From Lytechinus pictus (Eukaryota), in NCBI RefSeq assembly GCF_037042905.1, contig NC_087251.1:15006001-15070000 (forward strand): DNA of 64,000 nucleotides. Reading direction: 5' to 3'. Position numbers and translations under genes: made by a program. Shown here piece after piece: positions 15,801 to 27,189 of the stretch. How positions within the stretch are numbered: the first letter of the stretch is position 1; each line of letters starts with the position of its first letter. The notes below the pieces were generated by a model. The model saw nothing but the letters and a program-made list of their open reading frames with translations. It searched no databases and was not told the DNA's origin.

Positions 15801-18624
15801 TAGGACCACTTCCCTGGGACCCTAGTGAATTGGATTGGGGCAATGGGGATAATGTCTGCATTGGACAGCTATTCAGGAAGTCCTGAATTGCTGTCTGGAA
15901 CACATTAAAACTAAATAATTGACAATATCAGTGAGAGTAAATAGCATGGACCCAATATTGTCTATTCATCAACATCAATTTCAGGATATTTTGTTACTAT
16001 CATCATATTGTGCAGCCATACCAAACTGCAAGTATGCTTCATTACAAATTTCAAGTGAAATGGGCAATGCACAAAAGGTAACACAAGGTATTTAATCTGT
16101 CAATTATAATATTTTGTAAAGTAGTTTGTGTTGTACATAAAAAGTGTACCCTCACTGATCATAGACTCCATCAAACTCTGACCACAAAAGAAGCGTTAGT
16201 AGGGTCCTGCTTGGATCACTTCTGTTCCATACATGTATTTATATGAATATCATACGATGCCATTCCAACCCCACCATCTTTCTAAAAATCAACATTATAA
16301 ATTTATATTCAAAGAAAGTCTGCCTTCTATTAGCTTTGTTGTAAAATCATTGTAGAGTCTGTAATACGCACTGGAGTTGCAACAGCCCCAAAGGATCCAG
16401 CGTTGCCCTTTTGTGTCCATGTTCCCTGTAGGCTATTACGAGGCGGAGCAGATTGGCATTCTCAATCCTATTCTGTATTACAGCTTTGTCTGAAAAGAAA
16501 ATTAAGACAATCTGATAAATCAAATTAACCTTAACTCAAAATTTGTGAAAGGGCAGTTGCTAGCTTTCTAGTCTTTACTGTTTTATGAGGGCCTGCTCAA
16601 ACCCCACAATACAAATAAGTCGCAACTCACAAGTCAAAGTTTCCCGAAATTTATCTAGAAACTTCAAGACAATATATTAATCTGGGCTTCAAATCAAATT
16701 TAGAAAATGAAAAATAATACTGCACTGTCTTAATAATACCTGCTAAATCTTCATGACCCGCTATCAAAATATGATTCATGAGAGAGAGAGACAAGAAGCA
16801 ACCCCCCCCCCTCTAGACTGCCAAAAATGAGTGGAGATTAGTTTAGGAAAAGTTCACTTGATCTGTAAACCCCCCCCCCCCCCCCCCATTCAAAATGCCA
16901 AAATAAACATCATTCTATGAATCTCAAAGATCAGAAAATATTATTGGGCCAAAGGCTAAGGCTAAGCCCAAACTTATCCCAGTTTTTCACTGGTACAGCT
17001 ATTAGATATTAACAAGTATACCTAGTACTTGTCAAATATATGAGAATCCTACCTAGGATAAAAAACACAGACTCTAGAGTGATGCAGAGGGGCCTAGGAT
17101 ATTCTTTGCATAGGAAATACAAAGCCTTTGAACACTTGCTTCTGATTGCTCGTGGTCGAGTGGTCAATTACAGTTTTCACTTATTTCAGGGGTGGTATTT
17201 GAGGTAATTTTATCTTTAAAATATTTTGTCTTTTAAAATGAAATTTGTATTCTGAGAGACATTTTATCTCTCTGGTAAAGTTTAAAATTTTATCTGCACT
17301 AAATTTTTATCTTGCATAACTAAACAGAGCAAAGCCCATGTAGACATATCCATCGCGTTTCTAACCATTGTAACGCAGATGATATGCTTGCGCCCATGTT
17401 AATTTGAAGAAAAATTAAAACCTTAAAAAACCTTTTAAATATCAATATAGCGTGGGGTTTATTTCATCTCTGCAATGTTCATTTCAGCAATATTTCTAGG
17501 TTATTTAGCTCCAAGTGTTGAATTGAAAATGAAGAAAAATAATATAATCATCAAGAGCAATAGTACCTTAACATTATTCCTGTAGTCGAATTAGCCTATT
17601 TCATAAGGCTTTTCTTGACCAATATTGTCTTTGAAATGATGCTTGTAATGACGCGATAAAGACATCCCCCCAACAGATGAGAGTATTTTCATTTCTTTAA
17701 AAGAAATCTCTGTAAAGATGCGCTAGCGCATTTAAATTCAATAAATAGACGCAATCTCACTCTTTTGCCACACGTCCTGGCAGAATGGATATTCATTGGT
17801 TAAATAAATGAGAGTGCTACAAAAGTCAAAAGAGCGTTTCTCATTGGATATTGTTTCAATAGTGTACATCTTACACAGATAAAATGAAGATGATATGGTT
17901 CTCAGAATACCAATTTTGAGATATATTTAAGGGTATTTTACGTCACTGATTTTAACAATGATAAAATATTTTATTTCAGCCAAGATGAAATGGATCTTAG
18001 AATTAATACCACACCACTCATTCAATGAACAAGGTTAATATGATACACACCAGGTTTCTTAGCGCTCTACGCTGCACATTTGGATTCCCAGCCTTGATAG
18101 CAAATTATAACATCTTTTTCAGTTGTAACTTGATAATAATATGAACAATAACAATAACATTTAGATTGAACTGTAGATCTAGATCTAATTGACATGAAAT
18201 GGAAATTAGGGCGATGATGAATTTTGACAGAGCCTGAGAGGTCTTCGACTACATGTACGTTACATGTTGTTAGACACTAACTAGACAGTAACACTTTTTT
18301 CTTGACTGCGCGTTGCGGATGCCGGATGGGCATAATTTCATAAATAGCGAATTTGGAATTCGATTCATATTTCATGACATTGGATTCTTAAGGTATTATC
18401 TTCTTACCTGTAAAAATATTCTCCCCCTCTGCTTGTTGCTGAAGGCCTATCAAATTAAGCGGCTGCCAAGCCGATTGTCGAAATCCGTACACATCGCGAC
18501 CAAAATTGTACGAGCGGGATGGTTGGTGTTGTACGGCGGGAACTGCCCCCGCTAAGCGCCGTCCGTATGGCGTTGCCAGCTGCGACAGAATCCTGGCACG
18601 ACTATGTCGAAAGAAACGCAACAT
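649..18624 (-). CDS. DHTKD1: DHTKD1 ortholog, mitochondrial 2-oxoadipate dehydrogenase E1 component; 5' 16 coding exons, 3' end outside the window
   Basis: Manually spliced with GT-AG at every junction and consistent phases. Exons: 18408-18624, 16372-16489, 15439-15509, 14521-14624, 13717-13824, 12620-12731, 12060-12221, 11106-11179, 9711-9860, 5200-5391, 4619-4810, 3495-3672, 2546-2607, 2182-2302, 1292-1431, 649-805 (2158 nt, ~719 codons). Motifs: [12 protein letters not shown] (DHTKD1-type; OGDH has KRFGLEG), [14 protein letters not shown], ThDP motif HGDAAF...[36 protein letters not shown]. The Arg-rich, acid-free N-terminus fits a mitochondrial presequence. Confidence 0.95.
1292..1431 (-). 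CDS. DHTKD1: DHTKD1 exon 15
   Basis: [26 protein letters not shown]...QRGFFE; AG/GT. Confidence 0.95.
2182..2302 (-). CDS. DHTKD1: DHTKD1 exon 14
   Basis: [44 protein letters not shown]. Confidence 0.95.
2546..2607 (-). CDS. DHTKD1: DHTKD1 exon 13
   Basis: [25 protein letters not shown]. Confidence 0.92.
3495..3672 (-). CDS. DHTKD1: DHTKD1 exon 12
   Basis: [21 protein letters not shown]...[23 protein letters not shown]. Confidence 0.88.
4619..4810 (-). CDS. DHTKD1: DHTKD1 exon 11
   Basis: AVLSACRLA...[20 protein letters not shown]...QKAA; AG/GT. Confidence 0.95.
5200..5391 (-). CDS. DHTKD1: DHTKD1 exon 10
   Basis: [33 protein letters not shown]...[12 protein letters not shown]. Confidence 0.95.
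5538..7482. mobile_element. TTAA-flanked non-autonomous element (T2/Kolobok-like) with a long internal palindrome
   Basis: TTAA|AGGAGAAA...TTTTCCCCT|TTAA ends (5534-5537, 7483-7486). Inverted arms 5722-6499 and 6575-7348 with a 75-bp spacer. Confidence 0.75.
7639..9251. mobile_element. Non-autonomous DNA transposon, ~1.6 kb, with perfect 28-bp TIRs
   Basis: CATCAACGAACGTAGAGGGCAGCAACAC at 7639-7666 and its reverse complement at 9224-9251. Subterminal inverted repeats (TAGGAAGGTCCACTC; ~7725-7760 vs ~8832-8866). Flanking direct repeat is CA, or GCAC if the TIR is trimmed by 1 bp. Confidence 0.8.
9711..9860 (-). CDS. DHTKD1: DHTKD1 exon 9
   Basis: [14 protein letters not shown]...[20 protein letters not shown]. 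Confidence 0.95.
10639..10871. mobile_element. Degenerate MITE
   Basis: Imperfect TIRs GCCCATATTCTGAACTC / GACTTCAGGATACAGGC. Confidence 0.4.
11106..11179 (-). CDS. DHTKD1: DHTKD1 exon 8
   Basis: [29 protein letters not shown]. Confidence 0.93.
12060..12221 (-). CDS. DHTKD1: DHTKD1 exon 7
   Basis: [19 protein letters not shown]...[12 protein letters not shown]. Confidence 0.95.
12620..12731 (-). CDS. DHTKD1: DHTKD1 exon 6
   Basis: [41 protein letters not shown]. Confidence 0.95.
13260..13514 (+). mobile_element. SINE body and 3' end with (CAT)n tail
   Basis: GC-rich island with GCACGTTAAGAACCC...AAGAGTAGGGG, resembling a conserved metazoan SINE central domain, ending GGCACTATACAAATGCTGTG(CAT)n. 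Confidence 0.5.
13717..13824 (-). CDS. DHTKD1: DHTKD1 exon 5
   Basis: [40 protein letters not shown]. Confidence 0.9.
14521..14624 (-). CDS. DHTKD1: DHTKD1 exon 4
   Basis: [39 protein letters not shown]. Confidence 0.9.
14921..15210. mobile_element. Palindromic MITE
   Basis: GAGTTACGATTGATCTGATCAATCACAACTATGGA (~14935-14969) is inverted against TCCATAGAGTTATGATTGATTGGATCAATCGTAAGTC (~15154-15190). Confidence 0.55.
15439..15509 (-). CDS. DHTKD1: DHTKD1 exon 3
   Basis: [27 protein letters not shown], phase 2 to 1. Confidence 0.85.
16372..16489 (-). CDS. DHTKD1: DHTKD1 exon 2
   Basis: [43 protein letters not shown] bounded. Confidence 0.9.
17187..18015. mobile_element. Degenerate MITE in DHTKD1 intron 1
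   Basis: GGGGTGGTATT...AATACCACACC ends; internal inverted GTATTCTGAGA / TCTCAGAATAC. Confidence 0.4.
18408..18624 (-). CDS. DHTKD1: DHTKD1 exon 1 (mitochondrial presequence)
   Basis: ATG at 18624, [15 protein letters not shown]...RDVYGFR...NIFT, donor CAG|GTAAGA. Confidence 0.85.
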
Positions 18625-18983
18625 GTTCCGCCTTCCAGTTTCTTTCCTTCTCAAAATTAAACACTATAATGGCAAAATGAAATGTATGATATATGTAGAT
18701 ACAAATTCAGGAATATTCCCAGGGTTTCTCGTTTGATTCCTTGCCAAAATCTTGATGTACTACTAGACTAACTTTAACGTTATTTGTCCCGACCCCTGGC
18801 TTGTTGCAGGCGCCTATGCATCAAAATGTCTAGTCTAGTTAAGTTCTAGACGTAGACGATATTAAACGAATTTATTTGCACCGATATATACGTTCTATTC
18901 CGTGCGTACGCCCAGCCGAGTGTGCGCGCAAAACCGAGAACCTGTACTCCGAGAAAATATCGTCTAGACCAGTTGCTCCGCGG

Positions 18984-19005
18984 TGACGTCAGAGGTCAAA
19001 GGTCA
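18984..19005. promoter_or_regulatory. Consensus CRE (TGACGTCA) adjacent to a perfect DR1 (AGGTCA-A-AGGTCA)
   Basis: TGACGTCA at 18984-18991 and AGGTCAAAGGTCA at 18993-19005, about 360-380 bp upstream of the DHTKD1 ATG. Motif match only; function not shown. Confidence 0.35.
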
Positions 19006-19539
19006 ACGGACGAGTGCTCATGAATATGCATGAGTTACTTGTCAATCTCGCTGCGCCGAACAACAGTGCAACGTTGTTTACGTTTTCAATCGTTATCAGC
19101 TGTGTGCATACATTGTGCACGTGGGATTGATGTAGTAGATCTATGCAGGGACGTGAGCGTCCGTGATCTATGTGATGTGAATACATGTACATGTATCATA
19201 CGACAGTTTGAGATAGTTCAAATAGACATTTCATTGTTGGGAAATTACTGTTACATGCATAATAGTTATTTCACTCTATGTGCATATCTTGGTTAAATCT
19301 GTGGGTATGATGTTACCATCATGATATATGAAAGAAGGTGCTAATGTACCAAATTTCAAACTTCAAAACAATACAGACTAGTTTTTCCACTTTACTCAGA
19401 TGGAATAATTAATATACATGTTTAAATGATATATTTTATATTCTTCTTCATCTACACATGTAATTATATAAAGGCATTTTGTCTTAGTATGGGTATTGAA
19501 AATTCAGACTCATACATGTAATTAAACTCTCATTCTTGT

Positions 19540-20093
19540 CCCGGGGGGCCAGTTCCATTCACGAGTGGATACCATGCGCGACCATGGGGTCTCGAAAAGC
19601 ACCCTAAACACGTAATTTCCATATTCTGAAAATGCACCCCTTAACAAGTATTGGCATGTGAAACCCTACCCTTAACAAGTATTGGAAACAAAACGATACT
19701 CTTGGCAAATATTCCCTGAAATGAACCCCTAAACAAGTACAGGAATGTTTTATTGTTACGGGTCCTTCGGTCGTCGGCTTTACCTAATTTGGTTTAGTAC
19801 GACCCCATCTTCTACACCTCGCGCAAATTGGACTCTAAACACGAAGTGTTGGGGCAAAAAGGACATCCTTTATAAAACATTTTAATTTTGTTTTATCATC
19901 CCCGCAAATTCGACCCTAAACACGTAATTGTCCTAGCGAAATGGATACCCTTTTTTCATTATTTTTGTGTTTTTGACACCCTTATCACGTTACGTACGTA
20001 ACGTGCCCTATCGTGAAAAAGACATCCTTTTTACGTGTTTTTTTGGTCGCGCATGGTATCCACTCATCAATGTAAGTGGCCCCCCCCCCCGGG
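19540..20093. mobile_element. MITE with CCCGGG termini and an 8-bp TSD, nested in the MULE
   Basis: TSD ATTCTTGT at 19532-19539 and 20094-20101; TIR core GAGTGGATACCATGCGCGACC / GGTCGCGCATGGTATCCACTC. Confidence 0.85.
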
Positions 20094-20189
20094 ATTCTTG
20101 TGAATGGATCACATCACGGTACATTTTACTGTGGGCACTTGTAAATATATCATTTTCAAAGTCTTCTTCACATATTTCACTGTCAAAGA

Positions 20190-22352
20190 CATGGGTGTCG
20201 ATCACGGGGGGGGGGGGGGGGGGTGGGGGGATATATCCCCCCTAATATGTCAAGTGGGGGGATGGCCTGTATTATCATCCCATCCAATAATTTAGGGTAG
20301 AAAAATTATAATAATGATGATGAAAAATGAAAAAGTATGATCATGATAATTATAGTGATGATTATAGTATGCCATCAATCAGTTTGTTTCCGTCGCAATG
20401 TGTGTATATTGTTATTAAATAAAAACATTCTTTTCCAGGACTTTAAAACAGATGGGTGGAGGTTCAAGATGACAAAAATTTAAATGTTTATGTATATGAT
20501 ATTTTTAACACATGACATAAAAGGACTCCGATGAACTAAAAACAACTTTTGTTGATAGGGTGTTCTATCCCACCAGGCAGTGGTGAATAAATACATTTTA
20601 ATAAATCAATTAATTCAAAAGGGTGGGAAAATAAACGGGTGGAAAAATAAACGGGAGTAAAAGGGTGGCAAGATAAACAGGGAAAACCCCATGGACGTAA
20701 ATCCCAGAGGGGTAAATTTTGAAAAAGTACAAAAAACTTTTCCCAGATTTACCCCTCCCCACATCCAAGTGCATGATGTTTGTTCCATTTAATCTACAAC
20801 CCTTTTGAATATCACTTCATTTTTGTTATGTAAAATAAGTAAATCGCCAGGGATCGCTGTCATAAAAAGTTATTTGCAATGAGGTCTGACATGAGGCGAA
20901 AGATTTTCGGACATTATTGAGACTACCTGAAATAGATGTTGTTCTATTTCACCTTTTTCTTATTCATTCCCAGAAAATTCAGAGAAAAAGAAAAATACCT
21001 TTGCGTTTCTATAGAGTATAGGCTTATCACTTCATTTATTTGCCTGGTTATACACACTTTACCGATGTATGTCATGGTATTTATATATTAAGTTCGGCAT
21101 TCAGTAACTTGAACAAGAAAATATACCAAAAGCAAGATGTGCACAAAACGAAAGTCACCCCTACTTGTATATCCAAATACCTTGACTTGAACGATAACTT
21201 TTGGTCAATAATATTTTGCAGGAGAGCATTGATGTCCTCATTACCTATCTATGTGGAAATGAGGTGCCTATAGTCATGAAAGAGTGAGCCCACATCAAAT
21301 GCAAAAATTTCACTTTAAAAAAGTCATAATGGTCGTTTGGTGATCAGTAGCTCATATATGGTGCCTTTGTTGTATGCGGTTGGATGTAATTGATATTAAA
21401 ACATTTTATCATGTGACCCCATCAGATACCTCTCATGAAAATATTGAGGTTCAGTGAGCTCAATATAATATGATCATATTTTTACAATTTTTTTAATAAG
21501 TGAAATCAATTGATGGTTTCAGAAAGAATAATCATTCATTCTCTTATAAAGCGGATATGAGGATATGAACATCGGATGTTTTTTTCATGTTATTCTTGTT
21601 ATTGTTATGGACTTGAATAACTAAACTTGATTATTTTTTTCTTATTTTGGCAAAAAGAAATATCTTTTGAGTTTGGAAAGGGATGGCAGTTTTACATTCT
21701 ATATGAGCACACTCATGCGGTACGTAAATTTCATTTTAACACATAATGTACATTAGCTGATATTACACACTGATGGTTCAAGAAAATGTTGGAGAAATAT
21801 CATAACATGACAGTTGAGTTTTGATTGTTTTAATGTTTGTTTTTGTTTCATGCACTTATAAAGTATTTAAAACATGTTAAATTCCAGGGTTAAAATCGTC
21901 TAAGGAATGACGGTAAGCCCGATGGTACACGAGAAGCCACACAGTTTGTAATTTGTGCTAGTCTTATATTTTTTGTCCGAATGTGCATTTTATCATCATG
22001 CATTAAGAAGAAAAAAGATATTGCCAGTCGGGTTAGATTTAAGAGAGAAGTTGTATACATCATGCTCAATAAACATATCACTTTGTACATGGTCCAGACA
22101 ATTTTTGTCATTTTTCTTTCGTATGGGTTTATAATAAGCTTACTTGTAACACAAATTGAATTAAAAAAAATTATATAAGTAAAGTACACTGCAACAATTA
22201 AGCAATTTCCAAGAACACCATGCATATCAACCACTCTCAAATGTCCTAACTTGTAATTTTAGTGGGGGTAATGTTGAAAGATCCCCATCCACAAGAACAT
22301 TTGTGTCAATCACCCCCCCCCCCCCAACCAAGAATACCGATCGACACCCATG
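20190..22352. mobile_element. hAT-type non-autonomous element nested in the MULE
   Basis: TIR CATGGGTGTCGATC / GATCGACACCCATG; 8-bp TSD GTCAAAGA vs GTCAGAGA (1 mismatch). Confidence 0.8.
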
Positions 22353-22812
22353 GTCAGAGAGTATGACAAAAAGGGTTGAGAAGTACATGTACTTTGTACA
22401 GAGCTGTGAAAGGGATAAGGAAAACAGAATAAAAATCATTATTGATTTTTAAAAGTAGATTAATCTCACAAATGTGGATTTTGATGCGTGCATCAGATTT
22501 TGGAAGAAAATCTTTGCAATTGTCCTTGGAACTTTTAGTTTATTTATTTACTTTACATGAACATGTAGATAATGCGTACAATTATTTTTGTTGTTCAGCT
22601 ACATTATTATCTAGCTACATGTAGCCAGGAAATGATATTGCCAATGATGTACATGAAGCCTCTTCGATAAAGACCCTGACCGGTGTAAAACAATCATATA
22701 TTAAAATAAAGGTAATGATTCTTCCAATAGTTAAAAATATTAAATAAAAATCAAAGAAACTACTCCTCCAAAGTACGCTTCGATTGAGCAGCCCCCTGGA
22801 AATGATGACGTC

Positions 22813-22872
22813 CAGTGGCGTACCTAGGATTTTCCACAGGGGGAGCAAAATCGGCCGCCAAAAAATTTGACA

Positions 22873-22907
<35 letters not shown>

Positions 22908-23073
22908 TCGAGTTCATCAGGGGGGCGATAAAGGTCTTCAAGCTGGTCAGGGGGGGGGGGCAAAAAAAGGTCTTTTAAGCTCGTCAGGGGGGGCAGGTAA
23001 ATGTCTTTTGTATGGGTTGTGACTCGTCAGGGGGGGCAGAGTGCCCCCCCTGCCCCCCGTAGGTACGCTAGTG
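22813..23073. mobile_element. hAT-type MITE nested in the MULE
   Basis: CAGTGGCGTACCTA / TAGGTACGCTAGTG ends; perfect TSD ATGACGTC at 22805-22812 and 23074-23081. Confidence 0.85.
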
Positions 23074-24029
23074 ATGACGTCACGTTGTGTCAGGAGGGTT
23101 GTGATTCTGTAGGTTTGTGTACAAAAGCATTGGGTATTTTCTTCCATTTCCATGTTATGAATCCATTTTTTTTTCGTTTTCAGATGAAAATGGCACTCAA
23201 AATTATTCACTGTTCAAATTGTTGTTAACCTACAACTATTCACTACCTTTTTTGTGATTTCTTTGTTTGGCTCTTATTGGGCCTAAATTGCTATGTCAGG
23301 AAAAGTTATTATACATAATCTAAATGCAGATAGAATTGAAATTTGCGCCAAGTAAGCAGGAAATAAATATGGCAAAAACTATAGTTCAAAACGGTAGATT
23401 TCATAAATTCAAGCTTGTGGGTAAAAATATATGTGATATCCCTCTGTGATAGAAGTGAAGAGAATGAAATGCGTTATCTGGAAAGCAAAAAAATCACCCA
23501 GTGTTTCTGTGTACAAACCTATGGAATCACGACGCTTCTTACACAACGTGACGTCACGGTCTCGAGGCAGGTGAAAAGCACAATAAAGCCTATTTTCTAA
23601 GCGGGGTTCGAAGCCCGATAATTGGAATATTCTTAAGCAAAATACTCAGCTGGGAAGCAGTGAAAATTAATATAGCATACCTTGCTGTATTTAGTAGCTT
23701 ATAAGCTTTCGATTGGTATATAATTTATCAATTTCATTTTCGGGTCCGGTCTGGATCTATAAATAAAGGCACCTTTTCTCATTACCTTTGAAATACAGTA
23801 TTTATGAAATATATTTTTGCAGCCATTATGAAAGAGCATTATGTTCAGATCTACATGTACCTTGCCAGTTAATTAAATTGCTAGTAACTATTCCATTGCA
23901 GTGTAACTTTTACATGTAGTTTGCATAGGCGGATCCAGCTTTTGGCGAAAGGGGGGGGGGGAGGGGGACCGCCGAGCGGCGCACATATTTTTGCACTATA
24001 AATGAAAATGTTGAAAAAGGGGTAAAGTC

Positions 24030-24750
24030 AAATTCAATTCAAATTCAAATTCATTTATTTCACTTCCATCAAACAAAAACAAATTGTATACCATATATAA
24101 ACATAAATATTTGTATCCGTTGCAAACAAAATTAATAATACATATGTTGTGAAAAAAAAACACTTAGACGATTTGGGCAACACATTGTAGGTTTTAAATA
24201 TATATACTATTTTTCAATAGAAATTAAATTAAGATGGAAATGGAGGAACCCACTAAAAAGCAATGCTTGTACAATGTGGGCCCCTCAAGATATAGATAAC
24301 ACAACAAATAACAAAATAACAAAGTATAAATACAGATAATCAAATGAGAAAAGAATGAATAAATGAGAGGGAAATACTCACAAAATAAATACAAAGTAAT
24401 CAAAAATATACAGTTTGGTGAAGGACAAAACAACCCGTCCTAAAAATATCTACCCTTCCCACCCCCCCAGAAAAAGAGAAGAAAAAAATAGGGGGAGAAT
24501 GCCCTGAGAAGATTGATGGGTGCTGCTGTACGTAGATAGAACACATGCCGTCGTGGACTCAAGCAAACTGGATTCAATGATGTGTATAAAAGGAGAAAAA
24601 ATATATAAAATAACCTGGAAAGAATATAATGCACGAAAAATGTGATTGATGCCGTTAAACAAATAACCGGTAGGAAGGCGGATAAGCGGAGAGGAGAAAA
24701 TAGAGGAGGGGATAGACACAATAATGAGCACATCTGAGAAGGACTTGTGT
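24030..24750 (-). mobile_element. LINE (CR1/L2-like) 3' UTR fragment
   Basis: Ends in AATAAA plus a (TTTGAA)n-like tail; contains the GGAGGAACCCACTAAAAAGC...GCTTGT motif shared with the LINE 3' end at ~31630-31820. Confidence 0.5.
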
Positions 24751-25476
24751 CAGATTTTTTTTTTTTTTATAAAAAAAGGATAATAATTATTTTATGTTTT
24801 AATTGTAGTTTAAAGTAATGATGACTTGACAGAAGTCTGACCCTGTCAAATGCTCTTTTCAAAATGTATGATTTCCAGTCATGCCATTTTGCATGACCAC
24901 ACGCAGATAATATTTTCGGGGGGGGGGCAAATCTCGAACATATTTTTGAAAAATAAAAATAAAAACGATAGAGTAAACGGACCGAGCTGCTCATGTGGCG
25001 ATTATTTTTTTTTATAAAGTGTAATAAAAGTATTTGGTACACATCTCACATTTGCACATTTTTCATAGTTTTCATGAAATGTTAAGGGAAAAAATGTGTT
25101 TTCACAACAACTGATCGGGAATTCCCCCCCCCCCTTCCCCCTTGCTGCGTACGACCATTCCCTGAAGTCCACTTAAACATATATCATTACAACATAAAAT
25201 ATACATGAATTTAGACATATAATCTTTCTTAGACATATATAGAGAGAGATTGAAAAACTTATTAAAGAAAGAAACAAGCAAAAAGTAACACAAAATCTCG
25301 TGTACTAACCCTTTTATTGCGATGAGGCCGATACTTGTGTATATTAATTGAGATGCAATTTTTTTACTATATATACACAGGGGCGTCGATATTTTTTTCA
25401 CATTGGGGGGGGGGCAAAATCATGAATCAACTTTCCAACGGCGCTCGATCACACAAAACAAACAAACCCACACACA

Positions 25477-25513
<37 letters not shown>

Positions 25514-26159
25514 CTGAATTTTTTTAGTAAACTGACCTGAAAATAGGAAAAAGGTGCCTTTTAAAGACTGTTTGTAGTAACTCATGAGGAGAATACATAT
25601 CTCACTACACAGATAATGCGAGTGCCGAGGGCGAGCTGAAATTTCTTTATATTCTGACCAGAAAGCTTGATATCCTCTGCATTTTGGTACCTATGATTAA
25701 GATGGGTATCTAAAAAAGACAAAACATGCGAGCGCAAAGCGCGAGCTTAAAATTTTGATATTTCGATCTGAAAAAAATGACAGTTTAATGGACGTTTTTA
25801 ATAAAGAACAAGATTATATCCAACAAAAGATTATTGCAAATCGAAGCGGGACTTCTTTTGAGGTTAAGAACTGAGAACGGGACATTCTATTCACCTATTT
25901 AATCATGAAAAGTGTGGGGTTTTGCTACAGAAATGGTGCGAGCGCGAAGAGCGAGCTGAACATTTTTGTATTCCAATCTGAAAAGCGGACAATTTGAGCA
26001 CGATTTTAAACAAAGAACGAGTTGTGTAGCTCAATATCGCTTGCTGATTTCTGTGTAACATTACCATCTTATTTTATTTTTTACATGCGGAATTATTGGA
26101 GGAGGGGGGGGGGCAAAACGATATGTTTGCCCCCCAATTATTTCTATTGGTGGGGCGAA

Positions 26160-26367
26160 GGACTATCTTGGCCCCCTGACGAGCTTGAAAAAAAAGCCTT
26201 GTTTGCCCCCTGACGAGCTTGAAGACCTTTTTTTGTTTTGCTTGTCAATTTTTTTTCCAGGTACGAAGTCCTTTATTTGTGATTGAAGACTTTTTTTTGC
26301 TTGTCAATTTTTTTGGCGGACGGTTTTGCCCCCCCCCCCCCTGTGGAAAATTCTAGGTACGCCACTG
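26160..26367 (-). mobile_element. Second, partial copy of the 22813 hAT-type MITE
   Basis: Ends CCCCTGTGGAAAATTCTAGGTACGCCACTG, the reverse complement of the start at 22813. Confidence 0.65.
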
Positions 26368-26594
26368 TTTAAAGTGCTATACTGTACGTACAAATATGAC
26401 CGACTTGTGAGTTTTGTTTTGGTCATGGTTCTTTAGGATATTTTTTGTTCCAGAGAGAGTTTACTCAGTCCACTTCAATATATGCAAAAGGGAGACAATA
26501 TTACTGTATTCTTGTTCTACTGCAAATTCCAATTATTGTTTGGTCAGCCATATTATGAAAGAACAGTACATTTCAGACCAAACTTGCCAGTTAA

Positions 26595-27189
26595 AGGACA
26601 AGTCCACCCCAACAAGCTGACTTGAATAGATAAAGAAAAATCAAACAAACATAACTCTGAAAATTTCATCAAAATTGGATGTAAAATAATAAAGTTATAA
26701 CAATTTCAAGTTTCGCTTAATTTTTCAAAACAGTTATATGCACATCTTAGTCAGCATGCAAATGAGGGGACCGATGATATCATTCACTTACTATTTCTTT
26801 TGTATTTTATTTTATGAAATATGAAATATTTTGATTTTCTCGTCATTGTCTGTTAACAAAGTTTCAATCCTCCCTGAACACATGTAATTCCATTATTCTA
26901 ACATTTTGTGGTTCGAGCAAAGGGGTACTAATATTGTCGAATTCGTAAAAATTGAAATATTGTATTATTCAAACAAAAACAAAAGAAATAGTGAGTGAGT
27001 GACATCATCGTCTCTCTCATTTGCATATCACCGAGTTGAGTATAGAACTGTTTTGTGAAAAATAAGCCAAATTTTAAAATGTCATATCTTTCTTATTTTA
27101 CATCCGATTTTGATGAAATTTTCACCATCATTCATGTTTGATTTGTCTCTATTTATTCAAATCATTTTTTTCTGGGGTGGACTTGACCT
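26595..27189. mobile_element. TTAA-flanked T2/Kolobok-like MITE nested in the MULE
   Basis: TTAA|AGGACAAGTCCACCCCA...TGGGGTGGACTTGACCT|TTAA; internally palindromic. Confidence 0.85.

Noticed and set aside
649..18624. Calling the gene OGDH (2-oxoglutarate dehydrogenase E1)
   Set aside because: [12 protein letters not shown], the VYGFR N-terminal motif and RWGHNELD match DHTKD1 rather than OGDH.
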